NCBI GenBank assembly: GCA_964655275.1
Contig: CAZZMI010000001.1
Span: 102,504-166,153 of the forward strand
DNA length: 63,650 nt
Reading direction: 5' to 3'
From: an uncultured Anaerolineae bacterium
Lineage (GTDB): Bacteria > Chloroflexota > Anaerolineae > SpSt-600
Positions 1 through 9,077 of this stretch are shown in pieces. Position numbers and translations under genes: made by a program. Under the pieces are notes generated by a model that saw only the letters and a list, made by a program, of their open reading frames with translations, was not told the DNA's origin and did not search any database. The first letter of the stretch is position 1. The number at the start of each line of letters is the position of its first letter.

Positions 1-825
1 TCAGAAGCTGCAAGTCGCTGGACATATGCCAACCATTCTTCCCGAAGGCGTTGAATTTCGGCAAAGTAAGCGCTACGGCGGTAGTCCCGTGGAATACTAT
101 TTGCCTTTAGCCATTCCAGCAGAGCTGCCAGTGCAGCTTTTGCATCTGCCACGATGCCTACTTATGTGGATCAGACGAGCCGGAGGAATAGTATAAGATA
201 TCCCCCGCCGGTAAGAAGAGGTGGACTCATCAGCAAAACGCATGCCCACTGCTAGAATTACATCGGCCTGCGAAGTAAGAGCGTTACCACAAGTGGTGCC
301 TTTGGAACCAGCGTGAAATCCAGAAAGAGGGTGGTCTTCCGGAAAGGCCCCTTTGCCCATCATAGTGGTAATAACTGGCGCACCCAGAAATTCTGCAACT
401 GCGCGCAGTTCATCCCACGCCTGGCTGGCTATTACACCGCCTCCAGCAACCAGGACAGGTCGCTGGGCTTCTAACAATAACCGGCCCGCACGTTCAATCA
501 GCGCTGGATCCGGTTGTACCCGACCTGGAAGTCCCCAAGCATCCAGCTCCTCCGGCGCAACCTCAGTGCTCTCGCACTGGACATCCATCGGCAAGTCAAT
601 AACAACAGGGCCAGGCCGCCCGCTGAGCATAATAGTAAAAGCCTGCTGGAGGATACGCGGTAATCGGTCAACCCGGTTAACTTGCCATATCCGCTTTGCG
701 ATAGGTTTAAACAGCATCCCGTTGAGTTCAATTTCCTGTAAGACTCCTCTTCCGGCCATATAGGTGTGGGCACTGCCAGTGAAGAATCCACATAGCAGGA
801 AGCCACACCAACGACCGTTTGTATA
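1..825 (-). pseudogene. Remnant of a thiamine-diphosphate-dependent enzyme (acetolactate synthase / glyoxylate carboligase-like); 5'-truncated, internally frame-disrupted, 3' end leaves the window
   Basis: Track ORF 97..759 carries central-domain motifs (GRGVLQEIE, SGRPGPVVIDLPMDV, RPVLVAGGGV, GAPVITTMMGKGAFPEDHPL, ADVILAVGMRF). The preceding motif VGVASCYVDSS lies in another frame, with a shift near 785-795. After LIHI (about nt 170) the frame ends. My translation of nt 150..1 in a different frame gives VGIVADAKAALAALLEWLKANSIPRDYRRSAYFAEIQRLREEWLAYVQRLAAS, the expected continuation minus roughly 15 residues. No TSGPG-type N-terminal region exists before the divergent iclR start. Confidence 0.6.
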
Positions 826-875
826 ATAATTTTTTGAGATGTTTGGGCCAGGTGCTCTGTTACCGCAAAACCTTT

Positions 876-1622
876 ATGAGGGGAGAGAAAGGAATCAAAT
901 TGCTGGAAACTCTGGCGGATACTGGCCACGCTATGGGGGTGACAGAACTTTCCAAAGCATTGGGCTTGGATAAAAGCACAGTTTATCGGCTACTTTCCAC
1001 TTTAAGAGCAAGAGGATATGTAGAGCAGGATTCGGAAACCCGGAAATACGCCATTGGCCCAAAGATGCTCGCAGTAAGCAGCCGGATTCTGGGCAATAAT
1101 GATATCTACCTCCAGGCACGCCCAATCATGAAAAAACTACTGCAGGAAACCCGAGAAACTGTCCATCTTGCAATGCTAATGGAAAACCAGGTAGTGTACA
1201 TAGCCCAGGAAATCAGCCCTGAAATAATAAGCGTCAATACTGAAATAGGTCAACGAGAACCAGTCCATTGCACTGCAGTTGGCAAAGCGCTGGTAGCTTT
1301 TTTGCCCGATGAGGAACTGGAGGCAATAATCCGGCGCCTGGACTTCCGGCGTTACACCCCCCGAACTATAATTGACCCTGACCAATTCCGGGAACATTGC
1401 CAACAAATCCGTGCCCAGGGGTACGCAGTGGATGATGAAGAACTTTACCCAGGTGTGAGATGCATCGCGGCACCCATCTTAAGGTATGACGGGGTGGTAG
1501 TAGCCTCTCTCGGAATCTCTGGCCCAACAACACGCTTGCAATCCAAAATTATCCCTCGCCTGGGACGTATCGTAATGAAGTATGCCCAAGAGATCTCTAC
1601 CCGTCTGGGTTATCTTCTTTAG
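876..1622 (+). CDS. IclR-family transcriptional regulator
   Basis: N-terminal winged HTH (MGVTELSKALGLDKSTVYRLLSTLRARGYVEQD) plus a C-terminal IclR-type effector domain. I chose the ATG at 876 (MRGEKGIKLLETL) over the longer track start at 819. Its TAG stop directly abuts the stop of the convergent giant gene (TAGCTA at 1620..1625). Confidence 0.85.
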   Translation: MRGEKGIKLLETLADTGHAMGVTELSKALGLDKSTVYRLLSTLRARGYVEQDSETRKYAIGPKMLAVSSRILGNNDIYLQARPIMKKLLQETRETVHLAMLMENQVVYIAQEISPEIISVNTEIGQREPVHCTAVGKALVAFLPDEELEAIIRRLDFRRYTPRTIIDPDQFREHCQQIRAQGYAVDDEELYPGVRCIAAPILRYDGVVVASLGISGPTTRLQSKIIPRLGRIVMKYAQEISTRLGYLL

Positions 1623-4600
1623 CTAATACCTCCAGTTTCTCAAAACCAGCGGGAGGAAAACTTTGCGTAGCCTTTCACCCGTTACCTGCAGGTTGCGCCA
1701 CCCCGCCCAGTTATTGTTCTCGCAACTTTCCAGAACACATCCTTCAATATCGTTGCATCCCCACGAAGAATCACCAACATCTATGTAAGCGTAAAGGTCA
1801 TACGAGCCAGGCTCACTCACAGCAAGCCCCGGCTTAACCTCAAAATAAGCTTTTTCCCTCTGATCAGGTCCAAGGCTTGAAATGGAGAACCATTTATAAC
1901 AAAGTCCTTCTTCATTACCCGGACAAGCATATAATATCCCTTCCCAATCGCCTGAGCGAGAGGGAGGACTTGAAGGGTAGGGTCTGAGGTAAAGCACTAA
2001 AAGCACATTCCCTCCATAACCACCAGAAAGGCTCTGGTTGCCCTGATTCAGCACCGTCACCGTCACCCTCATAGTCCCGGTAATGGGAACAGCAGTTGGT
2101 GAAACCTCCAGTTTTTCAATGACCAGATCTGCCCCGCCGGTTATATCCCAATCGTTAGCTATGTTATTCCATGGGTCCCACTCGGGCTGAGAGGTATAAA
2201 TTGTAACAGTAACTCCGAGGCTCTCGGGAAGTTGGGAGGCCACGTTTGCGTAGAAATTAACCGTACCGCCTTCCCCTCCGCGGATGGGGCCAACGGTGCG
2301 GGTGAAGTAATTGCCAGAGCCAGACCAGCCAGGGTTAGAACCAGGAGTTAGACCATTGCTTAAAGTTATGCCTAAAATTGCATTGCTTACTTCAAGACCG
2401 CAGATGTTGGTATAAGCTATGGTATAAGTAAGAGAATCTCTAGCGTTTACCGAACTTTTGCCATCGCTTACCGAAACGGCAAGGTCAGGGATAAAGGCGA
2501 CAGGATGCTCCACCACGGCTCCTCGGGAACCGACGAAGGTCCCGTAGCTTTCCCGAGCCTCTATTCCATATAGTTCATTGGTAACGGTGTGAACCTGGCA
2601 ACGGGCGATGGATGGGTTAACCTGCACAGTAAAACTCCTCTGACCTGAAACGCCCTGGCCAAGGGTTAAACTTGCCCAGGAAAGGAGCCTATCGTTAACG
2701 CTGGCTCCGCCGGGATTCACCAATATAAGGTTAGCGGGGAGAAGTTCTGTTATTATTACATTCCTGGCAATCCCTCCAGAGTTTGTGAAGTAAAGGGTAT
2801 AAGTGATGAGATCACCGGGGAAAACGGATGAGCCTGGGGAAGGCACTGAACCCTTGCTCACCAGGAGGGCAGGGCATCCGGCTATGGAATGAGTTATCAA
2901 CCCAGAGGAGGATAAGCCGAGGCCTTGCCCGGTGGCGTAAGCAGTGTTGGTAATTATTCCGGCAGTGCAGGTGATAATCTTAGCAGTAAAAGTTAAAGCT
3001 GCACTACTCCCGGGCCCTAAGTTCCCCACGCTCCAGCTCAATATTCCACTTTCATAGTTCGGAAGTGGGCTTCCGCCAACAAATTCAAGCTTCGCATCCA
3101 GCGGGTCTGTAACCACCACATTGGAAGCAGTTATTGCGCCTGTATTGGTTATAAGGATGGAATAAGTTATTAAATCGCCAGCCTGAACCGCACCTCCTGC
3201 CGCAGGTTGAGAGCTTTTGCTCAGGATAAGATAAGGAGTGAGAGCAGATATTGGATGAACCACCGGGTTGCTTTGGACGGTGGGTAAGCATTCAGCTGAG
3301 ATGTAAGCATAATTGGTTATAGTTCCGGAAGCACCGCTTTTTATCTGCGCAGTAAAGGAAACAAGGCCTGACGCTCCCGGTGCTATGGTTCCCACAGTCC
3401 AGCTTACGATATCTCCAACCCTTGTCCCTCCCCAAATATAGTCAAGCTTTGAATCAAGGGGATCCGTTATTACCACGTTCATAGCTGGCGATGAACCAGT
3501 ATTAGTGTAGCGAATAGTGTAAGTAATGACAGTGCCTGGCGGGATTGAAGAACCAGTGGGAGGATGGGCCTCTTTGCTTACAATAAGAATCGGGGGGCCA
3601 GCTACAACGTGCGTTACACTGTTGGAAAAGAAAACATCGGATTGCTCAGCTGTAGCGCGAGCCGCGTTGGCAATTTCATAGTTTTCTCCAAGCCCGCATT
3701 TGACCCTGGCTACAAGAGTTACAACCCCAGACGATCCCGGACCCAAGGGTCCCACTGACCAAGTAACGGTGCCGTTAGAGTAAGAACCACCTGGTGCGTT
3801 TACAAAGTCTAATGTTTCCGAATCTAAAGTATCTGTTAGGGCTATAGTGAAGGTGTAGTAGCCAGTATTTGTTACAACGATGGAGTAAGTTATAGTGTCA
3901 TACCAGCGTACTTGAGAACCAGGGGGTGGCGATGAGGTTTTGAAAATGGAAAGGGTTGTACCCTTCACAGTGTGAGTAACTTCATTGCTGACCTGTGAAA
4001 GGACAGGTTCAGGCTCCCCGGAAACGAAGGCCTGGGAATAACCCATGTTAGTGATGATAGTGTTAGCCGAAAGGCCTGGAGTTATGCGAGCAGTGAAGCT
4101 TAGGACTCTGGTTTCACCAGGGTTTACACCGCTCAAAGTCCAGGAAATAACGCCGTTCTCCAGAACTCCTCCGCCAAGGGGAACAATATCATATAAGTAG
4201 GCAGTATTTATGGGATCAGTTATGTTTACAACGGAGAACGATGTGCGGTAAAAGTTGGAGAAGGTCAGAGTATAAGTGATGGGTTGGTTCCAATAGACGG
4301 TACGCCCAGGTTCAGGGTAAGCGCCCTTGGGGAAGGAGCGGATACCAGTAATCTGAAGGGTGTAAGTAACGGGGATGGGCTCGAAAGTGTAAACATTGCC
4401 TAAAGCATCGGTAATGGGTGGGTGAACTATCCAGGCAGTATTAGTAATGTATTGCGAAGTAATTCCTTCCTCAATCCTGATGCGGAAGCGCACATGACCA
4501 AGCATTCCGTAGCTTCCAATGCTGACTGTTTTAGTATAGAGATTACCACCTGCCCAGTTCCAACCCAACCCTGCAAATTCTGTACCTGAAGGGAGCTCCT

Positions 4601-6362
4601 CGGTTATAACCGCGTGGGGCAACTCAATCCCACCGGTGTTGGAAAAGCTCAAGATGTAATCTATGATGTCCCCCGGGGAAGCTATGCCAAGGTAAGAAGT
4701 CTTGGTTATGCTCAACTGAGGATCCGGCACTTCGTAGTAAAATTCAATCCAATCCAGGGAAGGAGTGACAGTGATTACTTGACCTCTGGTAAGTTCTAAT
4801 TGATATTGCAGATCGAGCACACCGGAAAAATTCAAGCTTAAAAAGTTGGTTCCGGTATAGAAATTGGTCCAATCTGACCAATTGGTCCACCCACTTGTGG
4901 TCCTGTGGCGCTCCCTAAACCTTAACCCAGTATGTGAAGGGACGGAAGCTTTATATTGAACCTTAGTAACTGTCACAGGCCTTAGGGGATCAAACCGGAG
5001 CAAGTTAGAAGTGTAATAGCCCTTAGGGGCATAATATGGTTCGCCGGTCCCTGCTTCGTCAATATTTCCCCTGAAAACGGTGTTTTTCCTCTGGGGTGGT
5101 GATTCAGGGCCATCTCCACCTATAACATAAATATAATTCTGCCAAATTGCAGTGGCATGGAGAGAACGCTCTTGAGGCAATATAGGACCACCCACCCATG
5201 TTCCTATGTCGTATCCCCAATGGTATAAACGGGTATCAGGGCTATTTTCATCCACAAGGGCCAACTGGACTGTATTTGATACTTGTTGCCCAAGCCCAAT
5301 TTCTCCACCAGTGAGGAAAATTTCACCCCTTGCCTCTACAGCCCCATGGCTGGAAAGAGGCTGAGGTAAACCGCCACCGGTAGATGTATACCACCCGATA
5401 ATAGTTGGAGTTGGCGGTGTTGCCGAAGTGATTACGTCAGCAAAAAGAACCTCGCTCCTAGGAATGTAATTAGAGCCTTCCTGGCTCTCCCCACCAATAA
5501 CGTAAATGGTTCTGCTTAATTCACCGGTGTAATAAATAGCGGCAAGGTTTCTCAAAGGTCTGGGAAGTTTCTCACTATCTTCACAAACCCATTCACCAAG
5601 AGAACCATCAGGATTTACTTTAGCCTTGCAAACCTCATCAGTTGGCTGAGCATTGCTTGCACTCGTACCCAGGTTTCCACCCATTATAAAGATGAAACCT
5701 TCCACCGCCAGGGCTGAATGATAGTATCGTCCATATTCTCCGTAAGGATCTAAAGAGGATGTTTCCATCCATCCGCTTATTTCTCCCGTAGTTCCGGTCA
5801 CGATAGCCATGTAAACTTTGGGGGAAACGGTATTGTCATCTCTGATTCCGCCTATGTAATACAAAGTAGCCGTAATTTCAGAATGAGGATAAAGGACAAG
5901 GGCGCCGCTACTTAAGCCATCGCTTCCCTCCCCTTGGCAATTATCAGTACCTTGATCCGGAAGCCACGCGCTTTGAGGAAGGGTAACCCAGGGTTGAAGG
6001 GAGCCATCGGGGTTGATGGTAGTGCTATACACCTCGCGGCGGCGGCAGCCATTTTGATCATCGCCCCCTACTACAAAGATTTTGCCTTGCCAGGCTACCG
6101 CGCTTAAGCTGCTCAACGGTATAGGTAAGCTCTGGCTATCACTTACCCATTGCCCCCCATACCACAGGGGGAGAAGCCTCACTCCTCCTTCAGGGGTAAG
6201 GGCTGTAAAGCGAAAAGTGCCATCAGCAAAGTCCTCCACAGAATCCTCGCTTAATTTGAGGGCAAAAGAAAGAGAAGGGGTAGAAGGGAGTAAAACCAGC
6301 AAAGCTATCGCTAAAAACACTGCTTCCAAGAGGAAAAAGAAAAGCCCTTTCTTTTTGGCCAT
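1623..6362 (-). CDS. Giant secreted surface protein (1579 aa): signal peptide, six-blade Kelch propeller, about seven DUF11-type repeats, C-terminal CARDB-like domain
   Basis: Signal peptide MAKKKGLFFFLLEAVFLAIALLVLLPSTPSLSFA. Six Kelch blades: IFVVGG, LYYIGG, IFIMGG, IYVIGG, IFLTGG, IYVIGG. Repeated DUF11 signature, e.g. GDLITYSILITNTGAITASNVVVTDPLDAKLEFV. CARDB-like DLVIEKLEVSPTAVPITGTMRVTVTVLNQGNQS. GGAGGGG RBS before the ATG at 6362. Confidence 0.85.
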   Translation of the reverse strand: MAKKKGLFFFLLEAVFLAIALLVLLPSTPSLSFALKLSEDSVEDFADGTFRFTALTPEGGVRLLPLWYGGQWVSDSQSLPIPLSSLSAVAWQGKIFVVGGDDQNGCRRREVYSTTINPDGSLQPWVTLPQSAWLPDQGTDNCQGEGSDGLSSGALVLYPHSEITATLYYIGGIRDDNTVSPKVYMAIVTGTTGEISGWMETSSLDPYGEYGRYYHSALAVEGFIFIMGGNLGTSASNAQPTDEVCKAKVNPDGSLGEWVCEDSEKLPRPLRNLAAIYYTGELSRTIYVIGGESQEGSNYIPRSEVLFADVITSATPPTPTIIGWYTSTGGGLPQPLSSHGAVEARGEIFLTGGEIGLGQQVSNTVQLALVDENSPDTRLYHWGYDIGTWVGGPILPQERSLHATAIWQNYIYVIGGDGPESPPQRKNTVFRGNIDEAGTGEPYYAPKGYYTSNLLRFDPLRPVTVTKVQYKASVPSHTGLRFRERHRTTSGWTNWSDWTNFYTGTNFLSLNFSGVLDLQYQLELTRGQVITVTPSLDWIEFYYEVPDPQLSITKTSYLGIASPGDIIDYILSFSNTGGIELPHAVITEELPSGTEFAGLGWNWAGGNLYTKTVSIGSYGMLGHVRFRIRIEEGITSQYITNTAWIVHPPITDALGNVYTFEPIPVTYTLQITGIRSFPKGAYPEPGRTVYWNQPITYTLTFSNFYRTSFSVVNITDPINTAYLYDIVPLGGGVLENGVISWTLSGVNPGETRVLSFTARITPGLSANTIITNMGYSQAFVSGEPEPVLSQVSNEVTHTVKGTTLSIFKTSSPPPGSQVRWYDTITYSIVVTNTGYYTFTIALTDTLDSETLDFVNAPGGSYSNGTVTWSVGPLGPGSSGVVTLVARVKCGLGENYEIANAARATAEQSDVFFSNSVTHVVAGPPILIVSKEAHPPTGSSIPPGTVITYTIRYTNTGSSPAMNVVITDPLDSKLDYIWGGTRVGDIVSWTVGTIAPGASGLVSFTAQIKSGASGTITNYAYISAECLPTVQSNPVVHPISALTPYLILSKSSQPAAGGAVQAGDLITYSILITNTGAITASNVVVTDPLDAKLEFVGGSPLPNYESGILSWSVGNLGPGSSAALTFTAKIITCTAGIITNTAYATGQGLGLSSSGLITHSIAGCPALLVSKGSVPSPGSSVFPGDLITYTLYFTNSGGIARNVIITELLPANLILVNPGGASVNDRLLSWASLTLGQGVSGQRSFTVQVNPSIARCQVHTVTNELYGIEARESYGTFVGSRGAVVEHPVAFIPDLAVSVSDGKSSVNARDSLTYTIAYTNICGLEVSNAILGITLSNGLTPGSNPGWSGSGNYFTRTVGPIRGGEGGTVNFYANVASQLPESLGVTVTIYTSQPEWDPWNNIANDWDITGGADLVIEKLEVSPTAVPITGTMRVTVTVLNQGNQSLSGGYGGNVLLVLYLRPYPSSPPSRSGDWEGILYACPGNEEGLCYKWFSISSLGPDQREKAYFEVKPGLAVSEPGSYDLYAYIDVGDSSWGCNDIEGCVLESCENNNWAGWRNLQVTGERLRKVFLPLVLRNWRY
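2370..4730 (-). repeat. Tandem protein-level DUF11-type Ig-like repeats inside the giant CDS (about 7 copies)
   Basis: Recurring xxITY(T/S)(I/L)xxTN(T/S)G...NVV(I/V)TDPLD...(F/Y)(V/I) blocks spaced about 110-120 aa apart. The copies are divergent at the DNA level. Boundaries are approximate. Confidence 0.6.
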
Positions 6363-6404
6363 TCAGCCCCTCCACACGCTTTCACACTTAGTTGAAAGAG
6401 AAAG

Positions 6405-6454
6405 GGGATATCCCCACTTCCTAAGTTTTTCCGCAAGGGAAGTGAGGATATCCC
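6405..6454 (-). terminator. Long inverted repeat (17-bp stem, 16-nt loop) between the TadG-like gene and the giant gene; possible attenuator or partial terminator
   Basis: GGGATATCCCCACTTCC (6405..6421) pairs with GGAAGTGAGGATATCCC (6438..6454) with one wobble. On the minus-strand RNA it is followed by a pyrimidine-rich CUUUCUCUUUC tract, then the giant gene's RBS. Confidence 0.4.
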
Positions 6455-6463
6455 AACTGCGCT

Positions 6464-8617
6464 TTAATGTGGGCACACTAAAGGCGTTGAGTTCTTAAGG
6501 TAGAGATTTATGTTTTTAACCTCATAAGCCGGGGAACTGGAGATTTCAATAGTGGGGAGTTCCTGCAGTGGGTTACCTCCAAGAGAATCCGTCAGAATGT
6601 CATAGCGCAGGCCATCCCTTTCAAGCCATGCAGCTATCTGGTAGACTCCAGGCTCAACCCCTATGAACTGGAAAGCTCCGGTAGCAGAAGCTGTAGTAGT
6701 CCGGTAAACCTGGCCATTCTTGTAGAGGACTACAGTAGCGCCTTCGCCCGGGAGAGGATACTCTTCTACGTAACAATTTTCGCTACCAATGTTCTGGACC
6801 CGCTCCGCAATACGGCGGTAAATTTCTTCCAGCTCTGTAGGACCAGGGGCTACGAAGAAGTGAGGCTTGGAAGGATCAGTATCGGGGGAAGCAATTGACC
6901 TTAAGAGGTCATACTGGAAGTTATCCCCTATGGCGATGGAGAAAACAATAGAGCCCACTCCTCCCATATTTGCTGGACCTTTGCTTCTGTTAGCCTGATT
7001 TATGGCATCATCAATAGCCGGCTGATTACACGGTGGGCTGGTCTCCCAGCTGGCACCCTTAAAGCCGGTCCACTGTCCGTTAAGGCGAATGTTGGCAATT
7101 CCATCAGAAGCCAGTATTATAACAGGAACGTTGGTTCCACGGTTAGGAGAGTTCAGGAGCACATCGTTAGCTTTGCTGAGAGCACCAGCTATAGGCGTCC
7201 CCCCGCTTGCCGAAAGGCCCTGAACTTTTTGCTTGACCAAATTGATGTTGGAGGTAAGGTCTGCCTCTACTTTACCTATAGCATAGTAGGTGTTCGTACC
7301 GCTACCGCAAAGAAGTTGATATCGTGATGTAGTGCCCTCTTGCGGGAACTTAACTAAAGCTACTCTATCGCCTTTATCGGGCTGTAGGTAATTGAGGAAG
7401 GTGAGAAGGACATTTTTGGCCGTATCAATTTTCCTCTGCCTGTTGGCTCCACTGCCCCAGTAATCGTTCATGCTGCCAGATACGTCAATAACCAGGACGA
7501 CATCCACCGGGATATGCTGGGTAGTAGTTACAACCTGGGTAAATTCATTCAATCTCAAAGCCTGGATAGCTACAGTTCCCACAATATTCTTGTTGGCCTG
7601 AGGCGGAGGGGACCCTTCCCCAGCTTTCACCGCACAGACACCGTAAGATGTGCAACCAGCCAGGTCAGAAGGTTCTGCCCACTCTTCAAAGGTGCCCACT
7701 ATAACCTTATCGTTTGAACCAAACTGACTGCAGTTATAGGTAGAAGGGTAACCAGTCTTACCTTTGCAGTAAGCCTTGATCTTAAATCTGGCGAACCCTA
7801 CGATCTTGTATTGGGCGTTGGCTCCTTGTCCCTGGCTCTGGTCGTAAACTATGAGGGTGACAGAGGAAGGACGCGTGCCATTTATGCGTTTTTCCAGTTC
7901 TTCTCTAACTCCACTTCCCCATGTAACTCCGGTGGTTCCATTGACCCATTCTCCCACACTCCAACGGCCACTTCTTGTAGTATCAGCCATATTCTGGACC
8001 AGAGTCTGCTCATCGGGGTTCTGGTTCTTCCACCTTATCCACCCGAAGTTTCCGGGAGCTTGCGGGTTGCCGGTATCCCATATAATGTAATCGTATCCGA
8101 ATACCGGGATTCCTCCAGTGCTATCAAAGACCGAATCATTAACGGCGATGGGGAACAAGTTAGAAGCAGAACAGGAGCCACAGACAATGGAAGCCTTAGC
8201 ATTAGCGGAGGCCATTAAATTTTCAAAACCTATAATGCGGGCAAAGAAGGTGCCAAAGTTTTTATCAGCTTTAACCAGAACTCCATTGGCTGTCGAAGGA
8301 GGCGGGTTATTATTAGCGGGAATCTGACCTAATATATTGCCATCTTGATCTATATAGTATGCTTCTATCCTATCGTTCTGCCAGGAAAGGCCATTGCGTT
8401 CAATGTAATCTCGCACTGCCAACAGGACGCTCTGATTGGTGACGTTCTGCTGGGTTAATTTATGGGCTCCAGCAATAGCTGCTGCCTCGGCGGCGTTTCG
8501 AACAATACGCTGCTGGGCATAGTAGTACCCTATGTCTATAACAAGAGCAAAAAGAGCCAAGATACCTACTATTGCCCCTGCGATGATTAAAATGGATTGG
8601 CCTTTGTCCTTTCGCAT
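6464..8617 (-). CDS. TadG-like pseudopilin with von Willebrand factor A (MIDAS) domain and C-terminal carboxypeptidase-regulatory-like beta-sandwich
   Basis: N-terminus MRKDKGQSILIIAGAIVGILALFALVIDIGYYYAQQRIVRNAAEAAAIAGA is the TadE/G-like (Tad) type. vWA MIDAS DVVLVIDVSGSMND plus ILASDGIAN. C-terminal GATVVLYKNGQVYRTTTASATGAFQFIGVEPGVYQI. GAGGAGGTGA RBS. Confidence 0.8.
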   Translation of the reverse strand: MRKDKGQSILIIAGAIVGILALFALVIDIGYYYAQQRIVRNAAEAAAIAGAHKLTQQNVTNQSVLLAVRDYIERNGLSWQNDRIEAYYIDQDGNILGQIPANNNPPPSTANGVLVKADKNFGTFFARIIGFENLMASANAKASIVCGSCSASNLFPIAVNDSVFDSTGGIPVFGYDYIIWDTGNPQAPGNFGWIRWKNQNPDEQTLVQNMADTTRSGRWSVGEWVNGTTGVTWGSGVREELEKRINGTRPSSVTLIVYDQSQGQGANAQYKIVGFARFKIKAYCKGKTGYPSTYNCSQFGSNDKVIVGTFEEWAEPSDLAGCTSYGVCAVKAGEGSPPPQANKNIVGTVAIQALRLNEFTQVVTTTQHIPVDVVLVIDVSGSMNDYWGSGANRQRKIDTAKNVLLTFLNYLQPDKGDRVALVKFPQEGTTSRYQLLCGSGTNTYYAIGKVEADLTSNINLVKQKVQGLSASGGTPIAGALSKANDVLLNSPNRGTNVPVIILASDGIANIRLNGQWTGFKGASWETSPPCNQPAIDDAINQANRSKGPANMGGVGSIVFSIAIGDNFQYDLLRSIASPDTDPSKPHFFVAPGPTELEEIYRRIAERVQNIGSENCYVEEYPLPGEGATVVLYKNGQVYRTTTASATGAFQFIGVEPGVYQIAAWLERDGLRYDILTDSLGGNPLQELPTIEISSSPAYEVKNINLYLKNSTPLVCPH

Positions 8618-8632
8618 AATTTTTTCACCTCC

Positions 8633-9073
8633 TCATTCAAAGAATGAACCTGCTGCCGCGCTTATCCATATTGGTTTTATTACTTGAATTTCCTTACCAC
8701 TCAGAGGATCAGGCAAACTTAAGGATAAAAGGTTAAAGTGGTAGGAGACTTTAACTTCAAAATAGCCCCCTGGCATCCGCATTGCAGGCGGTGGGCTTAT
8801 CTCTATTTTCATGGGATAAGGCTCAGTAGTGTTAAGGATGCCAGCTTGAGACTTTATGTAATCTTTTAAGGGCTTATCGGGCTGATCGGGATGTTGTTGG
8901 TTCCACTCCGCCAGGGTGAGGGCATTATCCATCATATAGCTTACCCCTGCCCTCGCCATATGGTCAAGGGTTATATAAGTATAAAAAACAAGGCTGAAAA
9001 TAACGAGTCCTATCAGCAGAGCTGTAAATATAACTATAACCAGTGCAAATTCTACAAGAGACTGCCCTTTCAT
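8633..9073 (-). CDS. TadE-like minor pilin / pseudopilin
   Basis: MKGQSLVEFALVIVIFTALLIGLVIF matches the TadE N-terminal motif. I preferred the ATG at 9073 (RBS-like GGGGTGAGTGAAAGG upstream) over the track's GTG at 9085. Confidence 0.75.
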   Translation of the reverse strand: MKGQSLVEFALVIVIFTALLIGLVIFSLVFYTYITLDHMARAGVSYMMDNALTLAEWNQQHPDQPDKPLKDYIKSQAGILNTTEPYPMKIEISPPPAMRMPGGYFEVKVSYHFNLLSLSLPDPLSGKEIQVIKPIWISAAAGSFFE

Positions 9074-9077
9074 CCTT

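Noticed and set aside
353-929. Track ORFs 353..763 (+) and 498..929 (-) overlapping the ThDP-enzyme remnant
   Set aside because: One is antisense with low-complexity Pro/Ser/Arg-rich content. The other is the out-of-frame N-terminal piece of the same pseudogene rather than an independent gene.
3085-4799. Short ORFs nested in the giant gene (3085..3291-, 3564..3758+, 4614..4799+), and similar nested ORFs elsewhere
   Set aside because: They overlap a long, motif-rich CDS in other frames or strands and are expected by chance.
5070-6190. Kelch repeats as a sign of eukaryotic contamination
   Set aside because: Both Kelch genes have bacterial RBSs, signal or TM segments, bacterial partner domains (DUF11, GerE HTH) and bacterial neighbours.
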